This document shows positions 1 through 8,804 of a stretch of DNA of 52,765 bases, one piece after another. Location: the NCBI GenBank assembly GCA_003158255.1, contig PMIH01000030.1, positions 34,728 to 87,492 on the forward strand, in the 5' to 3' direction. A program made the translations under genes and the position numbers. This DNA is from Rhodocyclaceae bacterium (GTDB lineage: Bacteria; Pseudomonadota; Gammaproteobacteria; Burkholderiales; Rhodocyclaceae). The notes beneath the pieces are model-generated. The model had not been told where the DNA came from. It made no database searches and saw only the letters and a list, made by a program, of their open reading frames with translations. Every line of letters begins with the position of its first letter. Positions within the stretch are counted from its first letter, which is position 1.

Positions 1-227
1 ATGCAGGCCAATCGGTTGTAGAGCGGCCCGAGGCCGTCGACCTGGTCGTCCTTCGATGGTGCCACGACCCAGCTCTGGCGCACCAGTGTCCGGCCGCGGA
101 AGAACTGCTCACGTTCCGTATCGCTCAACCCCGGCATCGGCTGCGCAAAGGCTTCGGGAGAGGCAGCGTTCTGTGCCAGGGCATTCCCGGCCATCAGCGC
201 GAATATCAAAATCATTGTCTTCTTCAT
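1..227 (-). CDS. DUF1111/COG3488-type di-haem oxidoreductase (peroxidase-like), N-terminal fragment running off the window
   Basis: Minus-strand ATG at 227 overlaps the stop of the upstream gene (ATGA). My translation is MKKTMILIFALMAGNALAQNAASPEAF...QVDGLGPLYNRLAC. It has a signal peptide and the DGLGPLxN..C lead-in to the first haem motif typical of DUF1111. It is absent from the ORF track because the window edge truncates it. Confidence 0.5.
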   Translation of the reverse strand, partial: MKKTMILIFALMAGNALAQNAASPEAFAQPMPGLSDTEREQFFRGRTLVRQSWVVAPSKDDQVDGLGPLYNRLAC

Positions 228-1534
228 GATTGCTCCAGGAGTTTGCCGGCTCGCGCCAGTCGCGCACCGCTTTCAGCCACCCACTGCTGTTCCAGAGCAA
301 CTGCGGCCGCTTCAGCTTTGGCGTCGTCGCGACGGTTGGCGAAGGCCTGTTGCCATTCCGTCTTGTCCGCATCCGCTTCGCTGATCGGCACGGCCGACAA
401 GAGTCGTTTCGCCTGCTCGCCGCGCTCGCCGCCAACGCGCCTGGCTTTGGCCCACAACTCCGCCAGCGTTTCCCGATGCTGCGCCAGCACGCTGTCGAAC
501 AACGCGGCGATCACCGGCAAACGACCAATGCCGCGATCGCTGTCGTAACCGTAGCCGCCCGCTGCGGCCACAGCGAAGGGATTGTGGTACCCGGCGTCGA
601 GTCCCGCATACACCGAAGGCCGCACGGGCAGCTTGCGGATATCGGGGTGCGTCACGATCTTCTGGCCCGCGTCGGACAACAGGAAAGTGACGAAGGCACG
701 CGCACCGTCGAGGTTCCGCGCACCCGCCATGATGGCCACCTGCCCGGGATTGACGCCACCATTCTTCGGGTAGATGAAGCGCAGCGGCGCGCCTTTGGCG
801 ATTGCGGCGGCGACGAAGAAGTCGATGGAAACGCCGATGCCGCGCCGGCCAGAACTCAACTCGTCGGAGACAAAAGTGCCACCGCGATCCACCAGCATCG
901 AATTGGCCGTGATGGCGCTCCACATGGCCCAGCCCTTTTCCCAACCATAGGCCTGGAGTGGAATGTCGGCCATCACCGGCGCGAAGCCGACGCGGCCCGG
1001 ATTCGGCAACGCGATGTGGCCGCCATAGCGGGCGTCGGCGAGGTCGGTCCAGTCGGTCGGCTCAGGCAGGCCATGGGCCTTCAGGTAATCCGGATTGATG
1101 GCGAATCCGTAGCCAGCCGTTTCCGTTGCCGCGTAGTAGCCGTCGGCATCATCGATCAGCGTATTGCCGATACGGCCCGGCAAGCCACTGCGATCGACGT
1201 CGAGTTTCCTCAGCAACCCCTCGCCCTTGAGAATGGCATAGTTGCGCGGCGACGGCGTCCAATAGACGTCGACGCCCTCCGGCCCCGGTCGGCGCAAGGT
1301 CGGCAAGGCGTCATGCGGCATGTGCCAGACGATGCGCAGACGCCACTCGGGATGCGCCTTCTCGAAAGCCGCCTCGAACCGCGACACGACTTCATCCGGA
1401 TAGCTGGTGACGACCACCACATCGCGCCGCTGCGCTGCACGCCCGGCACCCGCCGCACCGGCCAGGGCAAGGAGACTCAATCCTTTGACGAAGGCGCGAC
1501 GGGAGGACGAACTCAAATCACTCGTGACTGGCAT
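224..1534 (-). CDS. periplasmic solute-binding protein (family 1, Fe(III)-binder-like) with twin-arginine-like signal
   Basis: 436-aa ORF. The N-terminus SSRRAFVKGLSLLALAGAAGAG is a Tat-like signal. The body resembles ABC family-1 iron binders and carries a helical C-terminal extension of about 90 aa. Translationally coupled to the DUF1111 gene. Confidence 0.55.
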   Translation of the reverse strand: MPVTSDLSSSSRRAFVKGLSLLALAGAAGAGRAAQRRDVVVVTSYPDEVVSRFEAAFEKAHPEWRLRIVWHMPHDALPTLRRPGPEGVDVYWTPSPRNYAILKGEGLLRKLDVDRSGLPGRIGNTLIDDADGYYAATETAGYGFAINPDYLKAHGLPEPTDWTDLADARYGGHIALPNPGRVGFAPVMADIPLQAYGWEKGWAMWSAITANSMLVDRGGTFVSDELSSGRRGIGVSIDFFVAAAIAKGAPLRFIYPKNGGVNPGQVAIMAGARNLDGARAFVTFLLSDAGQKIVTHPDIRKLPVRPSVYAGLDAGYHNPFAVAAAGGYGYDSDRGIGRLPVIAALFDSVLAQHRETLAELWAKARRVGGERGEQAKRLLSAVPISEADADKTEWQQAFANRRDDAKAEAAAVALEQQWVAESGARLARAGKLLEQS

Positions 1535-1544
1535 CGCAAGCTCC

Positions 1545-3518
1545 TCAGAAGCTGTACTTCACGTTGGCAAACAACGTCCGGCCGGGCATGGGGTAGCCGT
1601 CGGACAACTCGTAGTTTTCGTCCAGCAGGTTGGCGACGCCAAGTTCGAGCGCCGTATCCTTGCGCGGCTTCCAGACCGCCTTGGCGCCAAGCAGCATGAA
1701 GCCGCCGAGGCCCGTGTAGCCGTTGCCGCGGGCCACCGTCCGACCGTTCTCCGCATCCACGGTGCCCTGGATCTCCCAGGCGTCGGCGGGCTTCCAGCCG
1801 ACGAACAGGAACCACTTGTGGCGCGGCGTATCGGTGAGCGGAATCGCCGGATTGCTCAGATTGTCGCGATCGAGATAGGTGTAGTTGATGCCACCCGTCC
1901 ACGCGTCACCTTGCTGCGTCAGCGAGAGCTCGACGCCTTGATGACGGGCGGTGCCGACGTTCTGCATCTGGTTGCAGGTGACGTTCGGCGTCGGCCCGGA
2001 CGAGCATTGGCCAGGGGCGGAGACGACGACGGTCTGGATCGCGTCTTCGATGCGGCTCCTGAACAGCGCAGCCTGCATGGAACCGCCCTGCCACGGTTTC
2101 GCCTTCAGCCCCAACTCGACGTTGTTCGCCGTTTCCGGGAGCAGCTCCGGGTTGTAGAGCGCCGTCCCAAGGCGGAAGGAGTAGCGGTCCTTGATGGTTG
2201 GAAAGCGTGACTTGCGCGCGGCGCTGCCATAGACATCGAGACCTGCAACGACGTTGTGGCTCAGCTCCGCCAGCCAATTGTTCTTGCTGGTGTCGCTCTT
2301 CGTGTAGGTATAGGCCTCCTTGGTATCGCGCTGATCGTGACTGGCGCCGACGCGCAGATGCCACGCCGACGTGATGGCAATCGCATCCTCGACCGCCAGC
2401 GAAGTCGTCAGGTCCTTGAAGTCCTTCGGCGGGATGTTGGGATTCGATTCCTTGTGCCGGTCTTCCTTGTAGTGGTAGGCCAGACGCAGTTCGTTGTTGC
2501 GGATGAGATAACTCGCCACTTCGACCGAAGCGCCACGGCTACCGTCGTCGTACCAGCTTGGGAAACTGGTGTTGTTGAGCTGGGTGGTGTAGTTGCCGTT
2601 GGTGTAGGCCCAGATGCTGTTGCGGTAAGTGTCGTCATAGACGCGCAGCTTGACGACGTGATCCTTGCCGATCGCCATGTTGCCGACGGCATAGACGCTC
2701 TCGACATCCCAGTACGGCCAGCGCCAGTAGCGAACGCCGCCCGGCACCGTACCGGCATAGGGCGGATTGCCCTTCTCGCCTTCCTGCTTGACGTAACCCA
2801 GCGCGAACTCGTCGCTGGCGTTCGGCGTGATGCCCAGCTTGAGCGACACCTTCTTGTCGGTGCGATAGGCATTTTCGCGGTCGCCGCCATTTTCGGTCGC
2901 CACCGGCTTGAAGTCCTTCGACAACGGAAAGGTATTGGCATCGAGATACGACGCGCCCACCTGGTAGTACCAGCTGCCCTGATTGCCGCCCACGTTCGCC
3001 GAGGCCTTGCGTTCGTCGCCGCTGCCGAAGCCGGCCCGCACATCGCCCTCGAACGCACTGGAGGGCTTGCGTGTGACCAGGTTGATGGCCCCACCGAGCG
3101 TGTTGGGGCCGTAGAGCAACGAAGCCGCGCCTTTGGCAACGCGGATTTCCGACAAATCGAACGTGGTGAAACGACCGAAGTCGACGTAACCGTCATACGG
3201 CACGTAAGTCGGCACGCCGTCAATGAACAGCGGCACCTGGCGCACATCGAAGCCGCGCAGATAAACGATGTCCTCGTTGCGACTGTTGTGCGACACGCTC
3301 ATGCCGGGCACGAGTGCGGCCGCAGCACCAACCGTGTCGCGGTTGAATTCCTCCATGGTTGCGTGGGTCACCTTGGTTTCGTTGGTCGACGTCGCGGCCG
3401 CCTGGCCGATGACTTCAACGGTTCCCAATTCGAACGCATCGCCCGCAAACGCGGGTATTGCAAAGGCAGACGCCAGCATAGCGGGCAGGATGCGAAGCTT
3501 ATGTTTCTTAAGTTTCAT
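1545..3518 (-). CDS. TonB-dependent outer-membrane receptor
   Basis: 657-aa ORF with signal peptide MKLKKHKLRILPAMLASAFAIPAFA. It has a plug region (IVYLRGFDVRQVPLFIDGVP) and a C-terminal aromatic ending (NVKYSF) typical of TBDTs. Confidence 0.85.
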   Translation of the reverse strand: MKLKKHKLRILPAMLASAFAIPAFAGDAFELGTVEVIGQAAATSTNETKVTHATMEEFNRDTVGAAAALVPGMSVSHNSRNEDIVYLRGFDVRQVPLFIDGVPTYVPYDGYVDFGRFTTFDLSEIRVAKGAASLLYGPNTLGGAINLVTRKPSSAFEGDVRAGFGSGDERKASANVGGNQGSWYYQVGASYLDANTFPLSKDFKPVATENGGDRENAYRTDKKVSLKLGITPNASDEFALGYVKQEGEKGNPPYAGTVPGGVRYWRWPYWDVESVYAVGNMAIGKDHVVKLRVYDDTYRNSIWAYTNGNYTTQLNNTSFPSWYDDGSRGASVEVASYLIRNNELRLAYHYKEDRHKESNPNIPPKDFKDLTTSLAVEDAIAITSAWHLRVGASHDQRDTKEAYTYTKSDTSKNNWLAELSHNVVAGLDVYGSAARKSRFPTIKDRYSFRLGTALYNPELLPETANNVELGLKAKPWQGGSMQAALFRSRIEDAIQTVVVSAPGQCSSGPTPNVTCNQMQNVGTARHQGVELSLTQQGDAWTGGINYTYLDRDNLSNPAIPLTDTPRHKWFLFVGWKPADAWEIQGTVDAENGRTVARGNGYTGLGGFMLLGAKAVWKPRKDTALELGVANLLDENYELSDGYPMPGRTLFANVKYSF

Positions 3519-3606
3519 GGGGTTTCTCCCTAACAGTGATCAAGGTTCTGGTTTTGTAACGAAGTCAATTCGGGTCAGTCCCGCCCGCGACGCCTGCGCA
3601 AATCGG

Positions 3607-4227
3607 TCAGCCATGATGCGGACAGAAGCGCATGCGAACACCGCATTCCAGTCCTTCGCCAGAACGGCCGCCGAAGCGCAACAGCGCCACGATGAACGGG
3701 ATACGTGCCGGCTGTGCCTTCATGATGCGGCGGTTGATCATGCGCACACTGAAGGACTCCAGCCAATTCCAGTATTCCTCGCGTACGTCGATGGGGAAGT
3801 CCATGTCTTCCATGGCCCGAAACAGAGCGGCCAGCCACGTTTCACGCGCCGACTCGTCGATGGTGAAGGGGAAATGGCGCGTGCGCATGCAGGTGTTTCC
3901 GTGCTGCGCCGAATACGTCGCGGCACCACCGCAGGCTTCGACAACGAAGTCGGCCACCTTCTCCGCCAGTTTGGCGAACACCCAGGGGTTCTTGGGAAAT
4001 AGATCGGCGATTGGACTTGCCTGCAGGAGCGCATGATGGCGCCGCACCACCTGCCGCAACTTCTCCTCACCCGCAATCTCGAGCACACGCCGGGAGGGAA
4101 ACTGCACTGCTGGCAAAACCAGTTCCGTCGCCGTATCCACGGTTCTGCCGACTTCGCGGGCCGGGTCACCGCTGCAAGCACACGAATGCGAGGATGGGAT
4201 ATCCGTTACGCGCTTACCGTCGCACAT
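3607..4227 (-). CDS. globin-family protein (truncated-haemoglobin-like core) with Cys/His-rich N- and C-terminal extensions
   Basis: 206-aa ORF. The core LEIAGEEKLRQVV...ACGGAATYSAQHGNTCMRTRHFPFTIDESARETWL matches the bacterial group-II-like globin pattern (RxRHxxFxI). Extensions are an N-terminal HSCACSG and a C-terminal ECGVRMRFCPHHG. The start overlaps the upstream gene by 22 nt and is uncertain. Confidence 0.5.
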   Translation of the reverse strand: MCDGKRVTDIPSSHSCACSGDPAREVGRTVDTATELVLPAVQFPSRRVLEIAGEEKLRQVVRRHHALLQASPIADLFPKNPWVFAKLAEKVADFVVEACGGAATYSAQHGNTCMRTRHFPFTIDESARETWLAALFRAMEDMDFPIDVREEYWNWLESFSVRMINRRIMKAQPARIPFIVALLRFGGRSGEGLECGVRMRFCPHHG

Positions 4228-5270
4228 GAGCTGGTTCCTTTCTCAAGGTCAAGGGATGGAACATCGGGCAAAGCCGGGCGTACCCGCTCGGCAAACAACG
4301 TCAGAGAGCAACGGTTGACGGCCGGATCGTAGGACGCCGGTTTGAGCAGCAGCACGACCGGCCTGGGGCCTAACGTCTCCCGCAAGGCCAGGCACTGCTC
4401 GATGCAGGCCGACGGATCGCCGACGATGGCGTTGCCAAGCAGGCGCTCCTCCTCGTAGGCCGCTTCGGGCTCGCCGAAGGGCATCAGGGGCGGCTCGGCG
4501 GGAATGCGCCGAATCACGGCACGCATGTTCTTGCCGAAGTCGCGGATGAAAGGCAACGCCTCCTCGCGTGCTCGCCGGCCGTCGCGGGCACAAAGCAGAT
4601 AGCGGGCGAGCACGAAGGGTGGGCTGCGTTCGGGCTGCAACGCATGGAAAGCATCGAGCAGTGCCCGCATTTTTGCCGCCGGCGCTGCCGAAGGGCCCAT
4701 CAAACCGTAGCCGCGCTCGGCCGCCAGAGACAGACTCTCATCGGCCATGCTGGCCAGCCAGATCGGCAGCGGCGAACGGATCGGGCGCGGATAAACGGAA
4801 AGATCGTCGTAGCGGTAATGCGCGCTGTCGTGCGAGACGCGGGTGCCGGCGAATACTTTCTCCAACAGATCAATCCCCTCGAACAGGCGCTGCCGGCTCT
4901 CGTCATGCGTAACGCCGAAGTTCCGGAACTGATCGGGGAATGGGCCACCCTTGGCCAGCCCCAGGAGCAGGCGGCCACCGGACAATGCGTCAACAGTGGC
5001 GGCGTCTTCCCCCACGCGCACGGGATCATGGAATGGCAGCAGCACCGCGCCGGCACCGAGCTTGATGCGCTCCGTCTTTGCTGCCAGATGGGCCAGCAAC
5101 GAAAAGATCGAAGCGCTAACGCTGAAGGCGTTGAAGTGATGTTCGGTAAGCCAGACCTGCTCGAACCCGAGCGCCTCGGCGTGAACGACTGTGTCGACCG
5201 ACTCCCGAAACGCCCGCGCCGTATCGCCGAAGGGATTCTCGAAGTTGGCGAAGAGCGCGAACTCGCTCAT
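4206..5270 (-). CDS. LLM-class (luciferase-like) flavin-dependent oxidoreductase
   Basis: I trimmed the ORF to the ATG at 5270 (MSEFALFANFENPFGD...). That start overlaps the methyltransferase stop as ATGA. The HAEALGFEQVWLTEHHF motif is typical of the luciferase-like monooxygenase family. Confidence 0.75.
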   Translation of the reverse strand: MSEFALFANFENPFGDTARAFRESVDTVVHAEALGFEQVWLTEHHFNAFSVSASIFSLLAHLAAKTERIKLGAGAVLLPFHDPVRVGEDAATVDALSGGRLLLGLAKGGPFPDQFRNFGVTHDESRQRLFEGIDLLEKVFAGTRVSHDSAHYRYDDLSVYPRPIRSPLPIWLASMADESLSLAAERGYGLMGPSAAPAAKMRALLDAFHALQPERSPPFVLARYLLCARDGRRAREEALPFIRDFGKNMRAVIRRIPAEPPLMPFGEPEAAYEEERLLGNAIVGDPSACIEQCLALRETLGPRPVVLLLKPASYDPAVNRCSLTLFAERVRPALPDVPSLDLEKGTSSCATVSA

Positions 5271-5887
5271 GCGCGCGTCTCCGGCTTGCGGAAGACGATC
5301 CACATTCCCTGGTCGCCCGATTCCACCTCGCCCTCGATCGCGAGTTCGGCCAGCAGGGCGCGAAAGTGCCCGGGCGGATGTTTGCTGCCGCGCTCGCGCC
5401 GCGCCTCGTTCCATTCGTCATCGTCGGCCTTCTCGGCGAGAATCTCGTCGCGCAGCTCCTTGTTGCCAAAGCCGCCGCCGACGTAAGCCCAGCCACCCGG
5501 GCGAAGCACGCGAAAGATCTCGCGCAGCCCCTGCCGCTGATCTTCCCAAAAGTAGATCGAACCACGACTCACCACCAGATCGACGGCACCGTCCGGGAAG
5601 GGCAACGCTTCCGCCCGCCCGACCTCGACCGTCACGCGATCGGCAACCCGATGTTCGACTATGTTGTCGCATGCCAGCTCGATGCACTCGACCAATGGAT
5701 CGACGACCACCACGAACATCCGACTCGACATCGCAATCCAGATACCAAGCATGCCCGGCCCGCCGCCGAGATCGAGGCACAAGCCGCTGCGGATGCCGGT
5801 ACGGGCGATGGCCTGTTCGGCGATCACGGGATAGATCTTGCGGAACAGCCCCTTCATGGTCTGTTCGTTGTATTGCCGAGCATTCAT
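5267..5887 (-). CDS. class I SAM-dependent methyltransferase
   Basis: Motif I CLDLGGGPGMLG and a post-I acidic residue, followed by VLRPGGWAYVGGGFG. I prefer the ATG at 5887 (ATGA overlap with the ABC ATPase stop) to the ORF-track start at 5896. Confidence 0.7.
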   Translation of the reverse strand: MNARQYNEQTMKGLFRKIYPVIAEQAIARTGIRSGLCLDLGGGPGMLGIWIAMSSRMFVVVVDPLVECIELACDNIVEHRVADRVTVEVGRAEALPFPDGAVDLVVSRGSIYFWEDQRQGLREIFRVLRPGGWAYVGGGFGNKELRDEILAEKADDDEWNEARRERGSKHPPGHFRALLAELAIEGEVESGDQGMWIVFRKPETRA

Positions 5888-6672
5888 GGCAAGCATGCCG
5901 TGCTCCTCCCCGTCGGGCGGAATGCGAGTCCGTTACCGTCGGCGGCACGCAGCAGGTCGACACGGATTCCGTAAAGTTGGTAAATGGCCTCTGGCGTCAG
6001 TACATCGGCCGGCGTGCCAACCGACGCGATGCAGCCGTCGATCAACATTGCGACACGCTGGCATCCGTGCAGCGGCTGATCCGGATCGTGCGTGGTCATG
6101 AGCACGCCATAGCCTTCCTCGGCCAGACTTTCCAGCCGCGCCAGCAACCGAACCTGGTGCCCGTAGTCGAGACCCGCCAGGGGCTCGTCCATCACCAGCA
6201 GCCGCGCATCCTGAGCCAGGGCACGGGCGATCAGCGCCAGTTGTCGCTCGCCACCGGACACCTCGGTATAGGGACGATCCGCGAGATGCCCAATGGCCAG
6301 ATGGTCGAGCGCGCGCTGCACGGCCTGATGGTCGGCGGCATGCGCCGCCCGGAACATGCCGGTCACCGGCAAGCGGCCCATCAGCGCCACTTCGCGCACT
6401 GTGTAGGGAAACGGCGCAGCATGCACCTGTGGAACATAGGCGAGGCATTGCGCCAGCTTCCGCCGGTCCATCCCTGCAATCGGCGTACCGCCAAGGCTGA
6501 CTTTCCCCGCCGCTGGCTTGAGCAAGCCAAGCAGGATTTTCAGCAGCGTGCTCTTGCCGGCACCGTTGGCGCCCAGCAGGCAGACGAGTTCCCCCGGGGC
6601 CAGTGACAGCGTCGCTCCGGTCAGCACGCGCCGGCCACGATAGGCGAAATGAATGTCGCGAGCCTCGATCAT
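5884..6672 (-). CDS. ABC transporter ATP-binding protein (FecE/BtuD-like, siderophore/cobalamin class)
   Basis: The ATG at 6672 gives 262 aa, MIEARDIHFAYRG... Walker A is GANGAGKST, the signature is VSGGERQ, and Walker B is LLVMDEP. The upstream 5' part of the 619-aa ORF-track entry is a frame artefact over the permease gene. Confidence 0.85.
   Translation of the reverse strand: MIEARDIHFAYRGRRVLTGATLSLAPGELVCLLGANGAGKSTLLKILLGLLKPAAGKVSLGGTPIAGMDRRKLAQCLAYVPQVHAAPFPYTVREVALMGRLPVTGMFRAAHAADHQAVQRALDHLAIGHLADRPYTEVSGGERQLALIARALAQDARLLVMDEPLAGLDYGHQVRLLARLESLAEEGYGVLMTTHDPDQPLHGCQRVAMLIDGCIASVGTPADVLTPEAIYQLYGIRVDLLRAADGNGLAFRPTGRSTACLP
6481..6505 (-). repeat. dispersed 25-bp motif copy
   Basis: Motif strand: GAAAGTCAG CCTT GGCGGTACGCCG. 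It lies inside the ABC ATPase gene in sense orientation, read as G-K-V-S-L-G-G-T-P. Confidence 0.7.
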
Positions 6673-7736
6673 TGCGCCCATGCCCGCCGCACGCGACTCA
6701 GCACAATGAGAAAGACCGGAATCCCGAGCAGCTCGGTGACGATGCCAATGGGCAATTCGGTCGCAAACAGGTTGCGCGCCAAGCTGTCGGCGCAGAGCAA
6801 GAAAACCGCGCCCAGACTCGCCGCCGCTGGCAGCAGGCGGGCATTGCCCGGGCCGACCAGCAACCGCGCAATGTGCGGCACGATGAGGCCGATCCAACCG
6901 ATCATGCCGGCGATCGACACGGTCAGCGCCGACACCAGCGTCGCAGTGGCGATGGTGACGAGCCGCACCGTCCGCACCGGCACGCCCAGTGCCTGCGCCT
7001 CGTCGTCGCCCATGGCCAGCGCGTCGAGGGCGCGGCCGAGCAGGCACAGCAGGACAATGCCGGCGACCATGGGCACGGCAGCCCAGGCCATGTCGTTCAG
7101 GTTCACCTGCCCCAGGCTGCCCATCAGCCAATAGACGATGGCCGGCAATTGGTTGTAAGGATCGGCGAGGTACTTCACCACCGATAACAGCGAGGTAAAG
7201 AGGGCGCCGCTGAGAATTCCACCCAGGATCAACATCACCAGCGAGCCGCCACCGAACAGATGGGCGATGCCAACGCCAATACCGACCGCCGCCAACCCGC
7301 CGAGGAAAGCACTGGCCTGCACCAGCAACCAGTTGCCGCCGAGGATGATGCCCAACGCCGCACCTGCGGAAGCGCCGGCCAGCACGCCGAGAAGTCCCGG
7401 TGATACCAGCGGGTTCCGGAACAAGGCTTGGTACGATGCGCCGGAGACCGACAGCGACGCGCCGACCAGGATCGCCGCCAATATGCGTGGCAGGCGAATC
7501 TCGACGATCAGGTTGTGCAGCAACGCGTAGCGATCCGGCTCCATCGAGGTGAGACCTGTGCTCGCCGCCAGGAAGCGCAGCGTCTCCCATGCCGGCAGCG
7601 GATAGCGGCCGAAAGAGAGGGCCAACACCGTCGCCAACAGTGCCAACAACGGTGCAACGAACCAACGCGGCCAGTTCAAGCTCTTTGGCACCGTGGCAGT
7701 CGTCGTCGGCCGCGCAGTGGAAACCATTTCTGTCAC
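6669..7736 (-). CDS. FecCD-family ABC permease
   Basis: 355-aa polytopic hydrophobic ORF with FecCD/BtuC-like segments (LRLPRILAAILVGASLSVSGASYQALFRNPLVSPGLLG). ATGA-coupled to the ATPase gene. Confidence 0.85.
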   Translation of the reverse strand: MTEMVSTARPTTTATVPKSLNWPRWFVAPLLALLATVLALSFGRYPLPAWETLRFLAASTGLTSMEPDRYALLHNLIVEIRLPRILAAILVGASLSVSGASYQALFRNPLVSPGLLGVLAGASAGAALGIILGGNWLLVQASAFLGGLAAVGIGVGIAHLFGGGSLVMLILGGILSGALFTSLLSVVKYLADPYNQLPAIVYWLMGSLGQVNLNDMAWAAVPMVAGIVLLCLLGRALDALAMGDDEAQALGVPVRTVRLVTIATATLVSALTVSIAGMIGWIGLIVPHIARLLVGPGNARLLPAAASLGAVFLLCADSLARNLFATELPIGIVTELLGIPVFLIVLSRVRRAWAQ

Positions 7737-7758
7737 GAACCAATCCCTGCGCTCGACG

Positions 7759-8799
7759 TCAATGAGCCAACAAATCGTCTATGTCCGCATCCGTCGGTGC
7801 GATACCGAAGAACAGGCGATAGAAATCACGCGTCTCGCGCTTCACGTCGAACGGATAGAGGTCGGGGTAAAAGAGGTTCGCCAGCCATTGCGCCCCGAGT
7901 GTGCGCACGACCGAGGGCGGACGGTCGATCCAGTTGTGAGGCCAGCGCGGTACCAGATGGACACGCCCGGCCTTGACGGCGCGAACGTTTTGCCAGCGCG
8001 GATCTGTGCGGATCGCCGCTGCGGCGGTACGATCCTGGACAATGATGATCTCGGGATCGAAGGCCAGCACCTGTTCGAGACCAACGCGCTCCATTCCCAT
8101 GTGATCTTTCGGCTCACATCGATAGACGTTGTAACCACCGGCCAATTCAATGGCCTCTGTGTGGAACGACCGGTTGCAATCGGTGGCGAGGCCATCGGTA
8201 CCCTCTGCGTAATAGATGCGGGGGCGCCGGTTCTCGGGCACCTTGTCCACTGTTACCGCCAACCGGGCCAACGCCTTTTCGACAGACACGGCTTGCGCTT
8301 CGACCGCCGCGTCGCGCCCGAGCAACTTGCCCGTGAAGCGCAACGCACGCGGCCAGTCGGCCAACGTGTCGAGCGTGATGAACACCACCGGAATGCCCAT
8401 CTTGCCGAACGCCTCCTCGATCTTGGTCTGGTCAACGAATGGACTCTTCCAGGCCAGCGCGAGGTCCGGCTTCAAGGCCAGAACGGTCTCCGGGTTCATC
8501 TGCTGACCGACGCCGAAGATGCCGCCCACGACAGGCAAACTTTGCACGTGAGAGGGAAAGAACCGCTTCGCCGGTTCTTCGATCTTGAAGCTGACGCCGA
8601 TCATCAGATCTGGCGCCACTGCGTTTAACAGCACATTGAGTGGCGGTGCAGAACCAAAGACACGGCTGACCTTGTCCGGCACCATCACTTTGCGGCCGGC
8701 CATGTCGATGATCTCACGTGCCAAGGCGACGGAAGCCGCGCTGGCGGCGACGATCACGGTGGCGAGAACAAGCAGGCTACGCTTGAGATTCATGGTCAT
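7759..8799 (-). CDS. periplasmic binding protein, Peripla_BP_2 (FhuD/BtuF) class
   Basis: Trimmed to the ATG at 8799 (MTMNLKRSLLVLATVIVAASAASVALA, a signal peptide). The rest resembles class-8 siderophore/cobalamin binders. Confidence 0.8.
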   Translation of the reverse strand: MTMNLKRSLLVLATVIVAASAASVALAREIIDMAGRKVMVPDKVSRVFGSAPPLNVLLNAVAPDLMIGVSFKIEEPAKRFFPSHVQSLPVVGGIFGVGQQMNPETVLALKPDLALAWKSPFVDQTKIEEAFGKMGIPVVFITLDTLADWPRALRFTGKLLGRDAAVEAQAVSVEKALARLAVTVDKVPENRRPRIYYAEGTDGLATDCNRSFHTEAIELAGGYNVYRCEPKDHMGMERVGLEQVLAFDPEIIIVQDRTAAAAIRTDPRWQNVRAVKAGRVHLVPRWPHNWIDRPPSVVRTLGAQWLANLFYPDLYPFDVKRETRDFYRLFFGIAPTDADIDDLLAH

Positions 8800-8804
8800 G
8801 CTCC

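Noticed and set aside
230-1699. Long ORFs in the six-frame track that lie antisense to, or out of frame with, recognisable genes. Examples: 230-1699 plus, 2256-3533 plus, 13334-14116 minus, 14778-15860 minus, 25948-27204 minus, 33065-34300 minus, 39370-40734 minus, 48790-50010 minus.
   Set aside because: Their translations are Arg/Ala/Gly/Pro-rich, low-complexity and lack motifs. Each one shadows a gene with clear family signatures. Long stop-free alternative frames are expected in GC-rich DNA.
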